Origin: Candidatus Scalinduaceae bacterium
GTDB taxonomy: Bacteria; Planctomycetota; Brocadiia; Brocadiales; Scalinduaceae
DNA: 64,000 nt
Assembly: GCA_046759445.1 (NCBI GenBank)
Contig: JBHICG010000003.1
Coordinates: forward strand, 51,731-115,730
Direction: 5' to 3'
Numbering within the stretch: the stretch's first letter is position 1; each line of letters begins with the position of its first letter. A program made the translations under genes and the position numbers. The notes under the pieces were generated by a model. It saw only the letters and a program-made list of their open reading frames with translations. It searched no databases and was not told the origin of the DNA. Shown piece after piece: positions 1 to 7,787 of the stretch.

Positions 1-2
1 TA

Positions 3-599
3 CGTTCTATACGCTACGCCATCGAAAGACACAGGATGCTTAAAGAATTGGAAGAAGTTAAATTACGTTTGGAACATCTGGCACATCATGATAGCCTTAC
101 TGGCCTGCCTAATCGACACTTGTTCTATGACCACCTGAACAAATCAGTGGCGCGCGCATACCGTCATAAAAGTATGCTGGCTGTTTTATTCCTCGACCTT
201 GATGAATTTAAGCAAATCAATGACACGCTGGGTCACTCAAGTGGTGATCTCTTGCTACTATCAGTCTCAAAACGTCTGACAGATTGTATACGTATGAGTG
301 ATATTGTTGCTCGCCTTGGAGGAGATGAATTTACGGTGATACTTGATACTATTAATTCTGCAAATGATGCCGCTAAAGTGGCACAGAAAATTTTAAGAGA
401 AATGTCCAAGGTGTGTGTGCTGGATGGCCAGAAATACTTTGTCTCTACCAGCATTGGGATCAGTATATATCCAGATGACGGTTTAGATGTGGAGACTCTA
501 GTCAAAAAAGCAGATTCTGCCATGTATAGCGCAAAGGGAAGCGGTAAAAATAACTATAAATTTTTTCTTACGAGTTTGAATAAAGAAATTGCAACCTAA
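3..599 (+). CDS. Diguanylate cyclase (GGDEF), 5'-truncated by the window edge; probably REC-GGDEF
   Basis: HDSLTGLPNR, FLDLDEFKQINDTLGH, intact RLGGDEF with RxxD I-site (RMSD). The frame is open upstream of the ATG at 36 (RSIRYAIERHR, typical of the helix following a receiver domain). Confidence 0.93.
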   Translation, partial: RSIRYAIERHRMLKELEEVKLRLEHLAHHDSLTGLPNRHLFYDHLNKSVARAYRHKSMLAVLFLDLDEFKQINDTLGHSSGDLLLLSVSKRLTDCIRMSDIVARLGGDEFTVILDTINSANDAAKVAQKILREMSKVCVLDGQKYFVSTSIGISIYPDDGLDVETLVKKADSAMYSAKGSGKNNYKFFLTSLNKEIAT

Positions 600-608
600 A
601 ATTGAGCT

Positions 609-674
609 ATTCTCTGAATTGCCTTAAGCAGGAGGTTTTTTCTCCTTATCAGGAGGATTCCAGAGTTTATTTTC
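609..674. repeat. Dispersed repeat, inverted copy at 31961-32025
   Basis: 21-nt exact inverted match ATTCTCTGAATTGCCTTAAGC plus shared GAGTTTATTTTC end. Confidence 0.7.
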
Positions 675-845
675 GTGTCCGCAAGGAAAGTTTTAACAAT
701 ATGAGGAAAAAAGGGACATGAGTTTTCAGTAAACGAACTTCAAATCTCTCAGTTAACATGAATGTAAATTCTTACGATTAACTATAAGTTATTTAACTTA
801 AATATCTTATAAAATTTAGAGATTATAAAAAGGTCTGATATGCTT

Positions 846-862
846 TTGGCACTTTAGTTGCT
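846..862 (+). promoter_or_regulatory. sigma54 (-24/-12) promoter
   Basis: TTGGCAC-TTTAG-TTGCT, matches TGGCAC-N5-TTGC consensus, intergenic upstream of ORFs 941 and 1186. Confidence 0.8.
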
Positions 863-940
863 TTCTTTCTTAGTGTTAGTGTGAGGAAAAATTGTTTAAT
901 GGTGTAAGATTGCTACAGGGGATTATGGGAAAGTCTTACA

Positions 941-1168
941 ATGAAACAGTTAGCCAAACGTTCCAATAAATACACAAAAATGAAAAGCTTGAAAAGGAAA
1001 GTTAAGGTAAGGAAGTATAATACAAGATTGACATTAATGGATTTGGTTACAATCTTTATGGATGAAGCTAACAAAGTTTGCAAAAATAAAGATACGGCTT
1101 ACATAATTGCCTTAAAATCTCTACAAGATTATATAAGCAAGCACGTTAGTAATATAAAGATAATATAG
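941..1168 (+). CDS. Small basic hypothetical protein
   Basis: 75-aa ORF between a sigma54 promoter and the GAF/HD-GYP gene; no recognised motif. Confidence 0.55.
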   Translation: MKQLAKRSNKYTKMKSLKRKVKVRKYNTRLTLMDLVTIFMDEANKVCKNKDTAYIIALKSLQDYISKHVSNIKII

Positions 1169-1185
1169 TATAAGGATAGTTGATT

Positions 1186-2820
1186 ATGCCAACAGTCAAA
1201 TACATAAATTCATCTGGAATAAAAAATAATGAGGGCGATTCTCAAACAAATAAGACAGAGATAAAAAACTTACACTATAATATGAAGGGGATTGAAAAAA
1301 TAGGTATAGCATTGAATTCAGTGTTTAAGATTGAGAAGCTTTATAAATTGATACTTGATATAACTACAGATGTGCTGGAGGCGAATTATGCATCACTGAT
1401 GATATTAGAAGGAGATAGTCTTTACATAAAGTCTTCCATACATCTTCCCAAAGAAATAATTAAACAAACCAGAGTAAGAGTAGGAGTGGGAATATCGGGA
1501 TGGGTAGCCTTAAAGGGTGAACCATTAGTGGTTAAAGATATAGAGAACAACATCAAGTTTAAGAAAAGAAATAACAAGAGGTATTTGAGTAAGTCTTTTA
1601 TTTCAATGCCGATTATCCACAATAATAAGGTCTTAGGAGTAATTAACGTTAATGATAAGAATAATAATGAATTGTTTGGTGAGGAAGATGTTGAGACGCT
1701 CAAGATAATTTTGAAATATGCTGCTATTGCCATCAGAAATGCCCATTTAATCGAGCAATCTGGAAAGCATACAATTATTGATAAGCTGGAAGGTTTTTAC
1801 AATAATGATAAAAATAAGTTTTTGCCAGTGACTCTACAAAGTCTCAAATCTGGCCCATTTAGCACAAACGAATTGTATTTACATAGTCAAAATAATGGGA
1901 AGAATAATTATGTACTGTATTGGAAAGGTGGCGATAGCTTGTTTGTTAATGAGAAAAGGGAGGAATTTGTAAGAAGGAATATTAACAGACTTTTTGTTCC
2001 CAAGAATGGTAGAAAACAATATTTGCGATTTATGGAAACAAATCTTGAAAGAATTGTCGAGGATAATGATGTTGGCCTAAAAGAAAAATATCACATAGTC
2101 AATAACGTTGCTATTAACATCGCTAATGATGTTAGTACTGCACCTGATGGAGTATGTAACATAGAAAGGTCGAAGCATTGGGTATGTCTCATGGCAGATT
2201 TCATTTTTAACAGCCAAGATAATTTTTTGGCCCTGGTTGGAGTTATGAGTCACAATGGGAATTCCTTCGAACATTTCATAAATGATGCAATGTTAGGTTT
2301 AATTTTTGTAAATCATCTTGGTTTGAGCCTTGATGAATCAAAAAAATTAGGTTTGGGTCTATTTCTTCAAGATATCGGTATGCGCAAGATTGACCCTTTA
2401 ATAATCAACAAACCTACTAGATTGAGTAAAGATGAGTTTATTATTGTGAAAAAGCATCCAGAGATAGGTTTCCAGACATTACAGGATACAGGAAAGATTG
2501 CAATTGAATCATATCTGCTTGCCCTGAACCATCATGAAAACTTTGACGGTAGCGGTTATCCGTATGGTTTGAAAGGGGTTGATATTGATTATAATTGTAG
2601 AATATCCCGGATTATCGACGTATATAATGCGCTTACGTTTAACAGACCATATGCAAGTGCAAACAGTCCTGATAAAGCATGCATGATAATGAGAGATGTT
2701 ATGAAAGGGGCTTTTGATACGGATGTATTAGATAGTTTTATAGATTTTTTGAGATCAGTTCAGGTTACAACAAACACTACTTCGTCTAACAGGCCAATCA
2801 AAAAGGTTTCTTACTGCTAA
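1186..2820 (+). CDS. GAF + HD-GYP domain protein with degenerate HD motif
   Basis: GAF (GVGISGWVALKGEPLVVKDI...VLGVINVNDK); HD-GYP HHENFDGSGYP but LQDIG in place of LHDIG. ATG 1186 preferred over TTG 1180 for AAGGA spacing. Confidence 0.88.
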   Translation: MPTVKYINSSGIKNNEGDSQTNKTEIKNLHYNMKGIEKIGIALNSVFKIEKLYKLILDITTDVLEANYASLMILEGDSLYIKSSIHLPKEIIKQTRVRVGVGISGWVALKGEPLVVKDIENNIKFKKRNNKRYLSKSFISMPIIHNNKVLGVINVNDKNNNELFGEEDVETLKIILKYAAIAIRNAHLIEQSGKHTIIDKLEGFYNNDKNKFLPVTLQSLKSGPFSTNELYLHSQNNGKNNYVLYWKGGDSLFVNEKREEFVRRNINRLFVPKNGRKQYLRFMETNLERIVEDNDVGLKEKYHIVNNVAINIANDVSTAPDGVCNIERSKHWVCLMADFIFNSQDNFLALVGVMSHNGNSFEHFINDAMLGLIFVNHLGLSLDESKKLGLGLFLQDIGMRKIDPLIINKPTRLSKDEFIIVKKHPEIGFQTLQDTGKIAIESYLLALNHHENFDGSGYPYGLKGVDIDYNCRISRIIDVYNALTFNRPYASANSPDKACMIMRDVMKGAFDTDVLDSFIDFLRSVQVTTNTTSSNRPIKKVSYC

Positions 2821-2834
2821 GATTTATTATACAA

Positions 2835-4097
2835 TCACGTTTGATGTCCTAACATCGTTATAAAGTCCCTCACTATTTTCTCATCATAATCTTCCTTTAT
2901 TTCAGACATTAACTGTAGCGCCTCAAAAGGCTTATAGGCTTTTCTGTAAGGCCGTGTAGTTGTTAGGGCATCAAAAAAATCTACAATTGCCGCAATGCGA
3001 CCAAAAAGATGAATTTGTTCACCTTTTAATTTGTATGGATATCCTTTGCCGGATATTTTTTCATGGTGCTGTAGAATAGGTATATAAGCATTTTTTGAAA
3101 TCTTGTTATTACTGTTTTCCAATAACATCTTTCCTGCAATAACGTGATTTTTTACATTATCATATTCATCTTTAGTTAGCTTGCCAGGTTTATTAAGGAT
3201 GTATGGGTCTATCGAACTCTTACCAATGTCATGTAAAAGCGCTCCCAATCCCAGTTCTGTTATTTCTGGATATCTTTTCAGATTAAGCGCTGTTCCTAAT
3301 CCAATACTGATGGTACAGACATTTAATGAATGTGTGTATGTGTAATAATCGTGCGAAGTAATTTTTAGCAGATTGTAAAAGTTGTTTTCGTTGTTCAGTA
3401 TAGTGTCAACCAACGTTTCTACAACAGCGCTTGATTTTTGAATATTCTCTCCATTTCTGGGATCATCAAGAACTTCCTTGACAATTAGTTTGGAATTTTC
3501 CTGAATAATACTGCATTGTAGTTCCTGTGGCAATTCTTTATCTTTTGAATATTCCCGTGTAAAATTCTCTAAGTATGTTTTATATAAAGGTAGATCTGAA
3601 TTCTGGATCACGATTGGCAAGATGTTTTTTTGAATGTCCTCTGGTACAGCGTCTGGTTTATCATTTTGACTTTCGGGTCCAAAAAACAGTTTAGTATCAA
3701 AATCATTTATTTCATAAACGTTGAAATCGACTTTAGAACCTGGAATGAGGGTCTTTGTTCCAATAGGGTAATAATCTGAATGTAATTTATAATGTTTTTC
3801 TACATTTTCTGGTTTGTCAAACGGGGAAGCAAAATCTTTTTTTGTTAAATCGAAGTCGTCATTTTCTTGATGAGTATGGAAGTAATCTTCAAATGCTCCC
3901 ATCTCATCTTCTGAAACGAAGATAGTGCGTATTTTATTATCGATGAGTCTGTTTAGGGTCTCTTCTGTGAAGGGGTGGCTTTTCTTACGAAATAAAATAA
4001 TACGGTGGTCTTTTGGCTGAATAAATATATTGAAATTTGGTATCGTATTGACCTTTAAATTTTCTGTAGAAACAGATATGTATTTTTCTTCGCTCAT
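2835..4097 (-). CDS. HD-GYP c-di-GMP phosphodiesterase
   Basis: HDYYTYTHSLNV, LLHDIGK, QHHEKISGKGYP, IVDFFDALTTTRPY all intact. Confidence 0.92.
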   Translation of the reverse strand: MSEEKYISVSTENLKVNTIPNFNIFIQPKDHRIILFRKKSHPFTEETLNRLIDNKIRTIFVSEDEMGAFEDYFHTHQENDDFDLTKKDFASPFDKPENVEKHYKLHSDYYPIGTKTLIPGSKVDFNVYEINDFDTKLFFGPESQNDKPDAVPEDIQKNILPIVIQNSDLPLYKTYLENFTREYSKDKELPQELQCSIIQENSKLIVKEVLDDPRNGENIQKSSAVVETLVDTILNNENNFYNLLKITSHDYYTYTHSLNVCTISIGLGTALNLKRYPEITELGLGALLHDIGKSSIDPYILNKPGKLTKDEYDNVKNHVIAGKMLLENSNNKISKNAYIPILQHHEKISGKGYPYKLKGEQIHLFGRIAAIVDFFDALTTTRPYRKAYKPFEALQLMSEIKEDYDEKIVRDFITMLGHQT

Positions 4098-5338
4098 AAC
4101 AGTTTTTGTTCCAATTGTTCCTTTAATATACGTCTAGGCTTATGACAATATGCATCGATTCCGTTCTCTCGGGTAAATTTCTTCACAAGATATCCTCTCT
4201 TATTCTTAAACATCTTGGCTTGCATCAAAATCTTCTCTTCTGCTTCCTGATGACTCATTTCCATAGTCTGTCTGTAAAAAGATGCAACCCTTGCAAAATA
4301 AAGAGGTTTCAGGGCCTCTACCACGTCTTCTTTATTCTCCGATACCTCGTATGCAAAGATAAAGTCGTAGAGTTTCTTTGCCCAAAGTTCTGATCCGATG
4401 TTCCATCTCTTTGCCAAATACATTTTCTTGGTTATATGGTAATGGGATGGTGAAAGGATGTTTAAGATCATCTTATCCATCCTTGAAAACGCATCAAAGC
4501 TTACTTTTTTGAGGTACTTATAGTCGACAGAAAGGCTCTGTGGTTCTTCATAACTTAAATCACCCAGGATAGGACACTCTTTATTACTATTCCCATGCAT
4601 CCATGTTTCCCTAAACCTTGAGATGTTGGAAAAGAGAGTTGTTACAACCTGAGTAAACATAGATCCCAACTTTGGTGCACTTGGCTTATGGACCTTAGAC
4701 CCCAATAAGACTTGACAAACCCTGAATCCATTTAAGAGGGCTGAAGTAGTCATAAATATGTCTATACCATATTGTCGGGTATTCCTTTCCCATGCCATTC
4801 TAAGCCAGTAGCTTGCCGTCCTTGGTGAGAAAGAGAAATCACCGCCTATAGGCTGTCTGATGTTTGCCTTGAAGATTGAGTATATCAACGGATAGGTTAT
4901 GTGGTTTGTTATAGTGCCGTCATATTCGTTTCTTGTGTATATGGGTGTTACGAAGTCATATCCCTCCAAAATAGGTGTAGCAAGGGTTTTAACCCATTCA
5001 GGGTTGATACTCTTTAGATCAGCATCTACAACTATTACGGATTTTGCCTTTAGTTGCACAACCTCTATAAGCAGATTCCTTATATTGTTTCCCTTGCCTA
5101 TCGCAGCTTCACCTGTGCTGATATACTTCTTTGGTATGTTTCCTGTTTCGGCACCCAGAAAAGCTTCCTTTGTTCCATCCTTAGAATTGTTATCAACATT
5201 GATAATTATGGCAGAGTTGGTTGGGAAGTATGTCTTTAACCCTAATGCCAATTGACGGGTAACAAATGCAATATTGTCTGCTTCGTTCAGTGATGGTATG
5301 CCAATAACAATGTCTGCCTCTTTGCATATTTTGCCCAT
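4094..5338 (-). CDS. GT-A glycosyltransferase, glucosylglycerate/mannosylglycerate synthase-like
   Basis: IVIGIPSLNEADNI, GKGNN, VVDADL (DxD), RQPIGGDF, YGIDIFMT motifs; ATGA overlap with the HD-GYP gene. Confidence 0.75.
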   Translation of the reverse strand: MGKICKEADIVIGIPSLNEADNIAFVTRQLALGLKTYFPTNSAIIINVDNNSKDGTKEAFLGAETGNIPKKYISTGEAAIGKGNNIRNLLIEVVQLKAKSVIVVDADLKSINPEWVKTLATPILEGYDFVTPIYTRNEYDGTITNHITYPLIYSIFKANIRQPIGGDFSFSPRTASYWLRMAWERNTRQYGIDIFMTTSALLNGFRVCQVLLGSKVHKPSAPKLGSMFTQVVTTLFSNISRFRETWMHGNSNKECPILGDLSYEEPQSLSVDYKYLKKVSFDAFSRMDKMILNILSPSHYHITKKMYLAKRWNIGSELWAKKLYDFIFAYEVSENKEDVVEALKPLYFARVASFYRQTMEMSHQEAEEKILMQAKMFKNKRGYLVKKFTRENGIDAYCHKPRRILKEQLEQKLL

Positions 5339-5357
5339 AGTATTTTCCTTATCTTTA

Positions 5358-5384
5358 TTATCGTCTTTATGAGCCTGGGCTTAA
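5358..5384 (-). promoter_or_regulatory. Candidate sigma28 (FliA) promoter
   Basis: Minus strand TTAA-N15-GACGATAA, one mismatch in each box versus TAAA-N15-GCCGATAA, 20 nt upstream of the 5338 start. Confidence 0.55.
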
Positions 5385-5543
5385 GCTTAAATTATGTAAA
5401 TAGTTACATATTTTTTAATGAAAAACATGTTTCCGGTCTTTCTTTGATACGGCAAGCATAAAAAGATAGTGTTTCAAAAAAACCTTCACTTTCATATAAT
5501 TACACGATTTTTTTTGTTTTTCTTAATGTTTTCTATCTTGAAC

Positions 5544-5807
5544 TCATCCGTTCATCCTCATTCTCATTCCTTGATGATGTTCTGCTGTGTGCCGTGATTT
5601 GGCTGTTTTCTTTCTTCGTTCTTTAGCCCTATTTGATAAATGTTTTTCTAAATTTTTTAAGTATTTATTGTAAAGTATCTTATCATTGTAGTTAGAGCAC
5701 TTTGAGTGGTGCCATCTTGCATGTGGGTCTTCGTAAACGGCACAACGGTTATCTAAATTTAGGATACAACCGTAACATTTTCTTGTAGGTTTACCATTTC
5801 TATTCAT
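5544..5807 (-). CDS. Small Cys/His-rich hypothetical protein
   Basis: 87 aa, CxxC...C...HHSKC, basic C-terminus, AAAGGA SD before ATG. Confidence 0.6.
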   Translation of the reverse strand: MNRNGKPTRKCYGCILNLDNRCAVYEDPHARWHHSKCSNYNDKILYNKYLKNLEKHLSNRAKERRKKTAKSRHTAEHHQGMRMRMNG

Positions 5808-6417
5808 GTTAATTCCTTTCTTACTAATATCAAGCTAACTTTGCGACTAAACTTAGTAGATTCCTTTTTCCCATTTTCCCCCCTTTCTGTTAGTATCCTT
5901 TTAATGATTATGCCATATATTCCTTATACTCAAATCATAATAAACTTTTTGTTATTATTTTAGTACACAACTACTGTACCAAAGTTAATAGTTTGAAAAG
6001 AAAAACTGTAATGTATCATTAATATTACACTTGAGAATATATCTTAAGGGATTGGATGAAGAAGGAAAAACCTTTTTAAGTTAAAAATGTTTACAAAAAT
6101 CAACATCGGGTTTCAAAGAAACTCAGTTTTCCCGTAAGTATTTATTCTGTATGAAATAAGATGTGTTTGTTTTTTTGTAGTTATTTTCAACAAGAGTTGA
6201 AAATAAATTTAGTTTCTTCTTGGTAGACTCTAGAAATTTCAACAAGTATTGTAAGAATATTAGTCAAGCTGATATGGACTATAGATCAATAGAGTGCGGA
6301 GTGAGGATTGCAAACGTTATCAATGTTTGTTCTGGTTTATGAAAAAATAGTTCTCAACCAAATTTTGTTTTCGTTAAATTCTGAAAGGTAAAGGTTTATT
6401 GCGAATTTATTACTTAC

Positions 6418-6885
6418 TTATTGGACTACATCAATAAAACTTGGAGGGCGAATTGCTTGCATTCTTGATGATTTTAGCTTTCTTCTTCTTTTGCTAAGGT
6501 TGCTTGCTTTTAATTTTATGTCATCTATTAATGAAGATAATGCTTTTATGCTGTCTTGGTCGTAGTTCACTAAATTAGTGATTATGGAATATATTTGTCT
6601 TAGAAGAGACGTAATTCTGTTATCTCTAGTAAGTATTAGGGGATTCAACATAATTTCTTCCTGTAGTTTTATGTTAAGTTTCTCCAAACGTTTGATATCC
6701 TTAATATGGTTTTCCTTTTCCGTTATTAGTAAATTTAATTCTTTTATATTATCGGATTTTATTGCTTCTTCCTGTTTTTTTGTTAGATATGATACCTTTT
6801 TGTAACATTCTAACATTCTTTTTAAGCAGGAGATTATTTCTTCATTTTCCATTTCTGTTCTTTCTATAATCCTCAATCCGATCAC
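6418..6885 (-). CDS. FliT/FlgN-like flagellar export chaperone
   Basis: Helical pattern (LTKKQEEAIKSDNIKELNLLITEKENHIKDI) directly after fliS; real start may be ATG 6852. Confidence 0.65.
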   Translation of the reverse strand: MIGLRIIERTEMENEEIISCLKRMLECYKKVSYLTKKQEEAIKSDNIKELNLLITEKENHIKDIKRLEKLNIKLQEEIMLNPLILTRDNRITSLLRQIYSIITNLVNYDQDSIKALSSLIDDIKLKASNLSKRRRKLKSSRMQAIRPPSFIDVVQ

Positions 6886-6966
6886 AAATCCAAAATATGA
6901 AATTATGGAAGGTGTGCCATTCTATCGAATGCCCTTAAGCCTTCCGCTACGGGTCAGCATAGACTT

Positions 6967-7016
6967 CGTTTTGCGCAGCAAAACGCCATAAATTAGCGAA
7001 CAACTGGAACTAATTC
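6967..7016. repeat. TAAATTAG...CTAATT hairpin repeat (family F) with CGTTTTGCG..CAAAACG side hairpin
   Basis: Closely matches 55337-55386; related cores at 14953-14981, 54971-54999, 55728-55756. Confidence 0.75.
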
Positions 7017-7440
7017 ATCCAGATAAATCAATCTCTATTTTGGTATTATCAGTATTGTTGTATTCCACCTTTGGGTTGTTCCTTATACTATCCCATGAAT
7101 TTCTTAATTCTGATAAAATCCCTTTTGCATTATCTAATGCTTTTGTGTTCAAATTCATTTCTGCATCGGTTATCTCGTGTATGACAAAGTCATATAATTG
7201 TGATAGTCGCGAAGCTATCTCTCCCCCTTTATCCTTGTCAAGTGATGCCAACAGCTCAAATACGATATTTTTTACCTTAGTTAACAAATTCCCTTTTTCT
7301 TCATATTTCTTCTCTGATATTTCTTCCTTTGCCTTTTCAATGGAGGATATTGCTCTATCATATAACATTAAAATCAGGCTTAATTGATCGGCAGTTTCAA
7401 CTTGTGATTTTTTATATGAATCAGCGTTATATGTCTTCAT
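7015..7440 (-). CDS. fliS: Flagellin export chaperone FliS
   Basis: YKKSQVETA..LILMLYD, ELLASLD..GGEIASRLSQLYDF, LSELRNSW; downstream of fliD. Confidence 0.96.
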   Translation of the reverse strand: MKTYNADSYKKSQVETADQLSLILMLYDRAISSIEKAKEEISEKKYEEKGNLLTKVKNIVFELLASLDKDKGGEIASRLSQLYDFVIHEITDAEMNLNTKALDNAKGILSELRNSWDSIRNNPKVEYNNTDNTKIEIDLSG

Positions 7441-7469
7441 TTATTTCCCCCAATTCTTAAGAATGACCC

Positions 7470-7753
7470 GCTTCGGGAGAGACTCCCGAAGCACAAGAGA
7501 ATTTTAAAATTTATTATAATTGCATGAGTTCGGGAAATTGTTTTCCAATCCCCCCCTTCCCCCTTTGATAAAGGGGGTAATCCCCCTCAGTCCCCCTTTG
7601 GAAAAGGGGGATATAGGGGGATTTTCTTCTGCATCTGGATTACCCGTCCGAACGGCACCTGCCCGAAAGACATGGTCGGGCGTGTGGCTGGGCGGGCAGC
7701 CGCTACAAAGGAACAGGCATCTTTCTTTTTGAAAAAAAGAAGCCTGTTCCTTT
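7470..7753. repeat. Mosaic of REP-like palindromes between fliD and fliS
   Basis: TTCGGGAG-AGA-CTCCCGAA (7470-7492), CCCCCTTT/AAAGGGGG doublet (7547-7624), GC-rich CCTGCCC-type element (7642-7698), AAAGGAACAGGC...GCCTGTTCCTTT hairpin (7707-7753). Confidence 0.8.
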
Positions 7754-7787
7754 GATATTCCGTGTTTTTCCGTTGTGAACTTCGTGT

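Noticed and set aside
5898..5916. TGGCAT-containing sigma54-like motif upstream of the 87-aa ORF
   Set aside because: Lacks the -12 GC dinucleotide.
7520..7732. 70-aa ORF on + strand
   Set aside because: Composed of palindromic repeats (NPPLPPLIKG...), antisense to the fliD-fliS operon.
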